Shown here: in pieces, positions 49,045 through 64,000 of the stretch
Numbering within the stretch: position 1 is the first letter of the stretch
Layout: each line of letters opens with the position of its first letter
Assembly: GCA_964016885.1 (NCBI GenBank)
Contig: OZ024741.1
Location: 62,930,001 to 62,994,000, forward strand
Reading direction: 5' to 3'
Length of the DNA: 64,000 nt
From: Eledone cirrhosa
Lineage: Eukaryota
Made by a program: the position numbers and the translations under genes
Notes under the pieces: generated by a model
Seen by the model: the letters and a program-made list of their open reading frames with translations, nothing else
Databases searched by the model: none
Told to the model about the DNA's origin: nothing

Positions 49045-51035
49045 GGTTAGTGGTTAGAAATGATCAGTGAGAGCAAGGTTGAGTTCCGTGGGATTGATAC
49101 CAGTGAGCTGGGACTCCTACTCAAACTTACCTATAGCAATAATTACCTAGACACATATGACCTTAGCAACCTGTGCCCTACAAGACCAGCAAGAGGCAGA
49201 CCACATACCATTACTTCAATGGCCAGCCAAGAAAACCCACACAGATAGATGGAACGGGTGGACCAGAGCCATACGGACACCCGAAAACCACGATGAACTG
49301 AAGGAAATGATTGCACATGCGGTAGGGGCCAGCATAAAACTAACCCTTAAGGAACATATGTTCAAATTTAATGGAAAAACATATGCCCAAGAGGAAGGAG
49401 CAGCCATTGGTGTTAGCATTGCAGGCGATATAGCTAACTTATTCATGGTATGGTGGGACAGTAGACTTAAACTTAAACTTAAAGAACAATTAGAAGACCC
49501 CTTAACCCTGATAATGTACTCCCGCTACGCTGATGATATAAACATCGTAGTTAAGACACCCCCACTAGAGAACAGTCAGGAACTAGAGAAAAACACAATG
49601 GAAAGCATCCAGCAAATAGCAAACTCCATCCACCAGAGCATTAGAGTTACTATAGACTACCCAAGTAAACACCCCAACCATCGATTACCTGTACTAGACA
49701 CAGAGCTCTGGTTAGATACCATTAACAACAAAAAACAAATCCTCCATTCCCATTATGCCAAACCCATGACTTCCAAACATTTGATCCACCGAAACTCGGC
49801 CGTTTCGGACCATACCAAAATCAACATACTGATTGCGGATTTGGTACGGGTGATGAGAAATGTGTCCCGCATGTGCAACCCCGAAGAACTAGAGAGACAC
49901 ATACAACACTTCATCCACCGTATGCAGTTCTCTGGCTACAATCAGAGAGATAAAATCAGAGTGTATAGAGAAGCCAGAACCAAATGGGAAAAAATGGTAA
50001 ATAATGACATAAATGGGACCTGCCCCTTGTATAGGAGCAAATTTTGGAATAGAATAGAAAGAACTAGGAACAAGGCTAATAGAATAAACTCATGGTATGA
50101 TAGCAATAAATACCAGAGTGTAATGTTCATCGATACAACCCCTAGAGGTGAATTAGCTTACAAATTTAGAAGGGCCCTAAATAAACATAAACTCAATATT
50201 AAGATAGTAGAAAGACCAGGTACCTCCGTAAAAACACTTATTAGCAAGACCCTCATGTATAGATAAGAAATGTATAACCTGTAAAATAAGCCCCCATATT
50301 AACTGTAAAACTAGAAATGTAGTCTATAGCATAAGATGTACTGAAGGACAATGTAGAGACAAAAATATAGTGTACATAGGTGAGACAGCTCGTAGTGTAG
50401 GGGAACGGATAAATGAACACTGGCGAGACCTTCAAGATAGTAAAGAATCATCTGTACTCTACCAACATGCTAAAATAGAACACAAGGGTAAATTAGAGAA
50501 CATAGAAATAAAAATAGAATCTACACACAGAAAAGACGCAATGTTTAGACAAATTACAGAGGCAATAAACATAAAAGAATTACAACCAAAATTAAATAGA
50601 AAATATGAGTGGAACAGCAACATCACAACTTACAATTAAGGACAAAATGAAAACACACACACACACATAGAACAAACAACCAACCAGTAACATGTAAATA
50701 AACAAATAAATAAATGAACATAAACACACACAGACACCCGGATGTGGCGCATGCGCAGACTGAGCACACAACACACACACAGAAACAAAATGGCGTAGGA
50801 CAGAACAAAGGAGAGGCACAGAAACAAAGAAAGGAATCCCCAGTCACTGAAGAGGTCACAGAGTGTGTGACGAAAGGACTATGACAATATATAAACAACT
50901 ATCTGGTTGTGGAACCAACCAACCAGAAGTTTATAAATTTATAAATTTATTATAAATTTATTATAATAAATTGAAGTGAAAGCAACTGGTGCGTGTGTTT
51001 CTTATTGGCAACATGACCCTCCCAAAGTATAACAA
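49045..51035 (+). mobile_element. 5'-truncated Penelope-like element (RT + GIY-YIG + 3' pLTR), frameshifted
   Basis: FKFNGKTYAQEEGAAIG, YSRYADD, LPVLD, HYAKPM; NVVYSIRC..VYIGETARSVGERINEH..RQITEA..LNRKYEW; (TA)n at both ends. Confidence 0.9.
50843..50885 (+). ncRNA. Minimal type I hammerhead (family F) in the Penelope 3' UTR
   Basis: gtca-CTGAAGA-g-gtcaca-gagtg-tgtgac-GAAAG-ga-CTA-tgac. Confidence 0.85.
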
Positions 51036-51089
51036 TATATATATACATATATATATATATATAAATATACATATATAAGTATACATATA

Positions 51090-54000
51090 TCGGCGCAGGT
51101 CACTGATTTGGTTGGCCTATACTTACTTAACCTAATCCACAGGGAACTTCCGTACCTCAGCGGTGGTTTGTATCGCGACGATGCACTTCTACTTATAGAC
51201 TATAAAAAATTCAATATAGAAAGGACTATTGCACAAAACATTCAAAAACTTTAACCTTAGTATTACCATGGACAAAAACACCAAAAACGTCAACTTCCTA
51301 GACGCCACACTCTACTTAGACTCAATGATATATGCACCTTTCCACAAACCTAATGAAAAACTCATCTACGTAGATACCAAGTCTAACCACCCTAAATCTA
51401 TATTGAACTCTATCTCTAAGGGAGTATCTAATAGAATCTCTAATCTATCCTATGACATAAACACATTTAACAATAACTCGCAGTATTATAATCAGGCATT
51501 AGCTAGATCAGGCCATAATACAGGGATAGAGTTCCTACCTACAAAAACACATAGCTACAACATCATTTCACACAACATGTCCATGGGAAAATTTAATAAT
51601 AGGAATAGCAACTGCACACACACTAATAGGGATTGTAACAACAAGAGTAACCCGCACCACAGAAATCACCATAGGAACATTAAAGGAAACAAATCACCAG
51701 ATATAAAAAACAGAAATAGAAGAAGAAATAATACATTTTGCAACCCTCCTTTCAATTTAAACGTCTCTACCAACCTTCCTAGGGCTTTCTTCTCACTACT
51801 AGATAAACACTTCCCATCCGGCCACAGGTACCACGGCCTTTTAAACAAAAACACTATTAAGATCTCATACTCTACTACGCCTAACTTAGCATACCACATA
51901 GCTAGTACAAATAAAAGGAAAATTAATTCTTACTTCCAACAAACTAAATCACAACGGTCGATAAACCTTCAAAATAACATTCAAAATAACAGTCAAAGTA
52001 ACATTATAACAAATAACCGTAATATCAATGGAAATAATAGTAATAGCACTAGTGTAAACATTAACGCTGCGTACCACAACCCGCATAACCATAACCCTAT
52101 AGCTAACATCCAAACTTCTACACAGCATAGTAACCGGCAGACTAGCACCCAGAGTAATTGTAACTGTAGATCAAGTAGAACCTACTCTTTAGATAAAACA
52201 TGCTTAACCAAGGATATCATATACTCATTTACAGTCACAACTAACAGCTCTTCTGAAACCTACATAGGCTCCACTTCTAACTGCTTCAAAACTAGATACA
52301 ATTCGCACCTCCACTCTTTCAAAAAACACAGTCTAGCCAACTCCACTTCACTATCTAGCTACATACACTATCTAAAAACTAAAAATAAAATATATACACT
52401 TAAATGGGAAGTGGTAGGTAGTGCAACATCGTACAAACCACCTGATAAATTTTGTAACCTCTGTCTACTAGAGACCCATACTATCATCTTCTCTAAACAT
52501 AATCTCCTTAATAAAAAATCAGAAGTGTTCGCAAATTGCCAACACCGCTTCCGACACTCGTTCCCAAACTTTAAACCCTATATATAATAATGTCAGACTG
52601 GAACCGGCACCACCCCTGGCAATTAACATCAGTAGCACACCTTACACCTCACATCCACACCCATCTCTATACTCTAAAGATAATACTGACAGCATTTTAG
52701 TACCACCTACCCTGGGAATACCCCCTTGTACCTCTAATATTGATATCTCGACCGTGGACTACTTATTCTGCATTGCACAAATATATGATTAGTATAAATT
52801 GGGGTCACGGTACTGGTTGCGATAGCATAGTCCTGTGCATGGATTACCACCAAGAGATAGATTGATGATTAGATAGATAATCGTATTGTTATGTGAATAT
52901 ATACTGTAAGCGATCAGTTCAATGAATTATGCACGTAATCATCTTGATGTGAACTCCTTTAGTACCTATTAATAGACTCCACTCTAGCTTGTAGATGTGA
53001 TACATAATTGATTTATATTTGAGACGGGGGTTGTCTATTGCTTGATGGCCAGACTAGTGCATTTATATGAGAGATTGGATCTCCGGACCATACCGAAGAT
53101 TTACTGGAGATGCAGGCATGCAATGACCCGGAGCCTACCGGGGGCATATATAATAGTGGGACCATACCAGGTCCTACTGTTATATTACATTTGCATGGAG
53201 CAGTGACTTGAGAGTCTGACTCCTCTTATAGAACGTTCAGATATGACACCCCTTAATTAATGGATGGTAATCATCCTAATATATACACCCTTGTACTTCT
53301 TAATGGAGAACTCTCTAACCTATAAATGGGTAACATACTCTAGATATTAGTTATAACTTCACATGATAGGCACGTATTTGAATCACCATTAATGTAGTTT
53401 AGGATAGTAATGTAACTAAGATAACTAGCTAGTTACCTCCCCTTACGCATTAATTCCCCTTAGTCATTCAGGCACTTCCGGAATCTGGACAGCATGATAT
53501 ATTAATTAAGAACCGACTGGATACGGTTTATAGCTTGACTATATGCTGAACCACCGCGAATTATACGATAGACGCGTGTTCTCTATATATATTGCGTCTC
53601 ATGGATTATGTGAGTGGTGGTGTGAGCAAGGACAGTGGTACGGCCTTGCCTACGATACAATAAGGTTTATAGTATGTTGAAAGTTTTTGATATTTTGGTG
53701 TTTCCCCGCATCCGAGACTGTATATCATACAGATGTATGAGAATAAATGACTTAATAATTCAGCCTACATAATAAGATCGATTGCCTGCTTCAACTGCCT
53801 GACCCTGCAAATATCATTCTGACGCACTCTAATCATGTATAAATAAGACACGCGTGCATGCTACGCGGGAGATTGTTTCATACACTGACTACTCTAAGCT
53901 TTCCTCTTGCTTTATCTTCATAGACTGCCAACGCTTCATGTTTATCTTTATTTTCACTCTTATTTTCACTCTTGTTTTTATTTTATTTTTATCCTGTAAC

Positions 54001-54220
54001 CTTTATATGTAAATTGCCATGCTATATCATTTGATGAATGTCACCCCACTGTTGATCAATATGCGCATATGGTTTATGTGTCTCTTGGGTTGAAAAGGAG
54101 GTGAAGTATGTTATAGATCAGTAAATAGTTGCTCCGAAGAATCCAAACCTCGGTTTGGAGGAAACAATTGTAAGCAAATAAATGACTTAAACTGAACTTT
54201 GATTACTGTAATCTCTCTCT
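51090..54220 (+). mobile_element. 5'-truncated Naiad-like Penelope element with a ~1.6-kb 3' UTR
   Basis: LYRDD RT motif; ORF 51229-52587 with Asn-rich linkers, CNCR, IIY..TYIGST, CNLCLLE, LNKKSE..CQH; near-identical to 61940-63790. Confidence 0.9.
54129..54177 (+). ncRNA. Type I hammerhead (family G, CCGAAGA core); inverted copy at 60445-60493
   Basis: ttgct-CCGAAGA-a-tccaaacc-tc-ggtttgga-g-GAAAC-aatt-GTA-agcaa. Confidence 0.85.
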
Positions 54221-54246
54221 ATATATATCTCTCTCTCTCTATATAT

Positions 54247-54313
<67 letters not shown>

Positions 54314-54320
<7 letters not shown>

Positions 54321-54510
54321 TTCTACAGGACTAGAAAACTTTCATTCGGAAGAAATCATTAGGAAAGCCTGATAATTTCTTCTGATGATTTCTTCAGAAT
54401 AAAACAGTCCTAGTCATGTAGAAGCCATTTGTATATTAAATATTTAACTCTGCTATGTATTGAGTACCTTACTTACAGTGGTCACCCCCGATGGAACCCG
54501 GGATAAACAT
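54314..54510. mobile_element. Second, diverged family C fold-back with hammerhead remnants
   Basis: atggcttctacaggactag..aaatcattag versus ctgatgatttc..cagtcctagtcatgtagaagccat; tail matches the reverse complement of 37428-37500. Confidence 0.75.
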
Positions 54511-54528
54511 ATATATATATATATATAT

Positions 54529-59623
<5,095 letters not shown>

Positions 59624-59634
59624 CATATATATAT

Positions 59635-59824
<190 letters not shown>

Positions 59825-59832
59825 ATGTGGTG

Positions 59833-59865
<33 letters not shown>

Positions 59866-60051
59866 ATGTATGTGCGCGTGGGTGGGGGCGGGTAGGGATC
59901 CGCCGATGACACAATAAGGGAAACACTGCACAATCTGTTATAAGAATCAGTTAAAAAGTACCTCATTCAATGTACAGTGGTGGCCATAACTCGACGCCTA
60001 AACCAATGGTCGCCCATATATGTTCAGTGTATGAAACTTTGTGTATACTAA

Positions 60052-60082
<31 letters not shown>

Positions 60083-60177
60083 TATATACCGTTAAGGTCT
60101 CATTCCTTGATATGTCAATATATATACCGTTAAGGTCTCATTCCTAGATATGTCAATATTTATAAAACAAATTTTGT

Positions 60178-60236
60178 ATTTTATCTGATGAAAGCGTACC
60201 AAAGTTTTGGTACCCATGAAATATATATAATAGAAT
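60178..60236 (+). ncRNA. Hammerhead motif (family B)
   Basis: attttat-CTGATGA-aagc-gtaccaaa-gt-tttggtac-ccat-GAAAT-atat-ATA-atagaat. Confidence 0.65.
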
Positions 60237-60399
60237 AAATATGGTTTTATAAATATAGTTTCCATTCATTAATATTATTGATATTATACTCCAGTTAACT
60301 TGTCGAGTGCTTCGAATCAGTTATATATATATATATATATATATTTGTTGAATTACCAACAAATTAAATATCCCTTTGCTTATATATAAATATATATAT

Positions 60400-63300
60400 A
60401 TAGAGAGAGATTACAATAATCAAAGTTCAGTTTAAGTCATTTATTTGCTTACAATTGTTTCCTCCAAACCGAGGTTTGGATTCTTCGGAGCAACTATTTA
60501 CTGATCTATAACATACTTGACCTCCTTTTCAACCCAAGAGACATATAAAACACAAGAGACATATAAAACATATGCGCATATTGATCAACAGTGGGGTGAC
60601 ATTCATCAAATGATATAGCATGGCAATTTACATATAGAGGTTACAGGATAAAAATAAAAATAAAAATAAAAATAAAAATAAAAATAAAAATAAAAATAAA
60701 AATAAAAATAAAAATAAAAATAAAAATAAAAATAAAAATAAAAATAAAAATAAAAATAAAAATAAAAACAAAAATGAAAATAAATATAAGCATGAAGCGT
60801 TGGCAGTCTATGAAGATAAAGCAAGAGGAAAGTTTAGAGTAGTCAGTGTATGAAACAAAATATATTACCATAAAAGGTTTTATTACATACATAACCATAA
60901 ATAGTATCCTTAATACTAATAACTGCTCCATTTTGTTGAGCTGATATACCATAAATTACCAGCATGCTGATCAAAGACCAACTCCCTATGTCAACCAAGA
61001 ACATACCTATACCAACCAAAAATACATATGAAAAGGTGTTGATCAACAGTGTAAACTCCTTTATCAATAGAGTGAGATGGAGGACATTCCATTATGATAG
61101 AAACAAATCTGGCAAGGATAATAACACCAACAAATTTGACTCCTTCGGCTTTAAAACATTTAGAAGCCCCCCTCATAACACACTACTAAACCACTTCGAA
61201 AACGACCTAATAAAACTAGTTAAGAATATTAAATACAAAAAACACCATAATAAAAACAACACCTTCTTAAACAAACTTAGCACCTCTATTAATGATTTCA
61301 AAACTAGTAGTAACATTTTTGTACATGCCGACAAAACTAATAACATATACAGCCTAGATTATAATACTTATAGAAAGTTTATATATAATGAACTACATAA
61401 AAGCTACAAGAAAACCACTATGAAAAACTTAGAAGATATTAATATGGAAGGCTATAATATAGTATCCAAACTAGGGCTCCAGAGACATACACAACCTTAC
61501 ACCCCTAACCCCCCTAGATTCTCTCTGAAGGACCATAAGGTGGACTTCATTAGAAACCCTCGATTAGACTCATCTGCCCCTCCAGGTCTGACATTGGCAT
61601 TATCAGTAAAACAATTCTAAACAAAATCATCCCACAGATTAAACACAAGATTTACCTTAAACAATGGGGAAATACGGGTGAAGTGATTGAATGGTTCAAA
61701 AATATCATAGATAACAAGCATAAAAAATTTATTCAATTTGATATCAACTCTTACTACACCTCTATTTCCCCTATCCTACTAAATAAGGCACTTATAATGG
61801 CCATGGACAATAGTGACCTGACTAGACCCCAGATTGATGTCATACTCGCGGCCCGTAAAACAATAATCACCTTTGAAGACCAATTATGGACCCGCAAGGA
61901 TACGCAAAACAACTTCGACATTACTATGGGGTCTAGTGACTCGGCGCAGGTCACTGATTTAGTTGGCCTATACTTACTTAACCAAATCCACAGGGAACTT
62001 CCGTACCTCAGCGGTGGTTTGTATCGCGACGATGCACTTCTACTTATAAACTATAAAAAATTCAATATAGAAAGGACTAGAAAACTATTGCACAAAACAT
62101 TCAAAAACTTTAACCTTAGTATCACCATGGACAAAAACACCAAAAACGTCAACTTCCTAGACGCCACACTCTACCTAGACTCAATGATATATGCACCTTT
62201 CCACAAACCTAATGAAAAACTCATCTACGTAGATACCAAGTCTAACCACCCTAAATCTATATTGAACTCTATCTCTAAGGGAGTATCTAATAGAATCTCT
62301 AATCTATCCTATGACATAAACACATTTAACAATTACTCGCAGTATTATAATCAGGCATTAGCTAGATCAGGCCATAATACAGGGATAGAGTTCCTACCTA
62401 CAAAAACACATAGCTACAACATTATTTCACACAACATGTCCATGGGAAAATTTAATAATAGGAATAGCAACTGCACAGACACTAATAGGGATAGTAACAA
62501 CAAAAGTAACCCACACCACAGAAATTACCATAGGAACATTAAAGGAAACAAATCACCAGACATAAAAAACAGAAATAGAAGAAGAAATAATACATTTTTC
62601 AACCCTCCTTTCAATTTAAACGTCTCTACCAACCTACCTAGGGCTCTCTTCTCACTACTAGATAAACACTTCCCATCCGGCCACAGGTACCACGGCCTTT
62701 TAAACAAAAACACTATTAAGATCTCATACTTTACTACGCCTAACTTAGCATACCACATAGCTAGTACCAATAAAAGAAAAATTAATTCTTACTTCCAACA
62801 AACTAAATCACAACAGTCGATAAACCTTCAAAATAACATTCAAAATAACATTCAAAGTAACATTATAGCAACTAACCGTAATATCAATGGAAATAATAAT
62901 AATAGCACTAGTGTAAACATTAACGCTGCGTACCACAACCCACATAACCATAACCCTATAGCTAACATCCAAACTTCTACACAGCATAGTAACCGGCAGA
63001 CTAGCACCCAGAGTAATTGTAACTGTAGATCAAGTAGAACCTGCCCTTTAGATAAAAAATGCTTAACCAAGGATATCATATACTCATGTACAGTCACAAC
63101 TAACAACTCTTCTGAAACCTATATAGGCTCTACTTCTAACTGCTTCAAAACTAGATACAATTCGCACATCCACTCTTTCAAAAAACACAGTCTAGCCAAC
63201 TCCACTTCACTATCTAGCTACATACACTATCTAAAAACTAAAAATAAAATATATACACTTAAATGGGAAGTGGTAGGTAGTGCAACATCGTACAAACCAC

Positions 63301-64000
63301 CTAATAAATTTTGTAACCTCTGTCTACTTGAGACCCATACTATCATCTTCTCTAAACATAATCTCCTTAATAAAAAATCAGAAGTGTTCGCAACTTGCTA
63401 ACACTGCTTCCGACACTCATTCCAAAACTTAAAACCCTATATATAATAATGTCAGACTGGAACCGGGACCACCCCTGGCAATTAACATCAGTAGCTCACC
63501 TTACACCTCACATCCACACCCATTTATATACTCTAAGGATAATACTGACAGCATTTTAGTACCACCTACCCTGGGAATACCCCCTTATACCTATAATTCT
63601 GATATCTCGACCGTGGACTACTTAAACTGCATTGCACAAATATAAGATTAGTATAAACCGGGAACACGGTATTGGTTGCGATAACATAATCCTGTGCATG
63701 GATTGCCACCAAGAGATAGATTGATGATTAGATAGATAATCGTATTGTTATGTGAATATATACTGTAAACGATCAGTTCAATGAATTATGCACAGGTGAT
63801 GCATGAGTTAGGAGTCTCTGTGTTGCCAGGGGACCTGATCGGTATCTTTTGACGAGAGAACCGGCCACCGGACCACCCTGGTGAATTCACCGGGGATGCA
63901 GTCATACTACGACCTGAATCTCGCCGGGAGTCATGTATGATAATAAGACCATTACTGATAGTGAGACCCATATAATTAATTATGTAGTCTGACTCTCCTT
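60400..64000 (+). mobile_element. Near-full-length Naiad-like Penelope element with an inverted 5' pLTR (60400-60855); runs off the window
   Basis: 60400-60855 is the reverse complement of 53878-54220 and contains a (TAAAAA)n expansion; RT-GIY-YIG ORF follows. Confidence 0.9.
60964..63449 (+). pseudogene. Penelope RT + GIY-YIG ORF with a 1-nt frameshift (~61560) and a CAA>TAA stop at 63399-63401
   Basis: KNIPIP, RVRWR, ADKTNN, LKDHK, IRLICP, FDINSYYTSI, ITMGSSDSA, LYRDD, NFLD, CNCR..CPL..CL, IIY..YIG, CNLC. Confidence 0.9.

Noticed and set aside
63399-63401. Selenocysteine readthrough in the Penelope ORF
   Set aside because: The stop is TAA replacing CAA in the sister copy, not TGA at a Cys position.

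Overview
AT-rich, repeat-dense eukaryotic intergenic DNA with no recognisable host gene. It is probably a cephalopod such as Octopus, inferred from the SINE families and the (TA)n/(CA)n load. 0-11.4 kb is an (AAT)n-microsatellite nest holding a near-intact Tx1/L1-clade LINE (- strand), an intact R4/Dong-clade RLE retrotransposon (+ strand), two truncated Dong copies and SINEs. The rest holds a Chapaev3-type DNA transposon with TIRs and a TAA TSD, remnants of Tc1/mariner, Helitron, RTE and CR1 elements, tRNA-derived SINEs and four Penelope-like (GIY-YIG) coding copies. The most striking signal is non-coding: about 8 families (about 25 copies) of type I hammerhead-ribozyme motifs in short elements bounded by (TA)n, often as fold-back inversions. 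The centrepiece is a 4.5-kb mirror-image concatemer of a ~573-bp hammerhead-bearing unit (4 copies on each strand), which looks like a reverse-transcribed circular RNA (retrozyme). A second signal is a covarying CUUGU-loop hairpin at identical spacing from the (ATT)n tail in the Tx1 LINE and the dominant SINE, suggesting a LINE-SINE partnership. All structures were read by eye; none was computed or tested.
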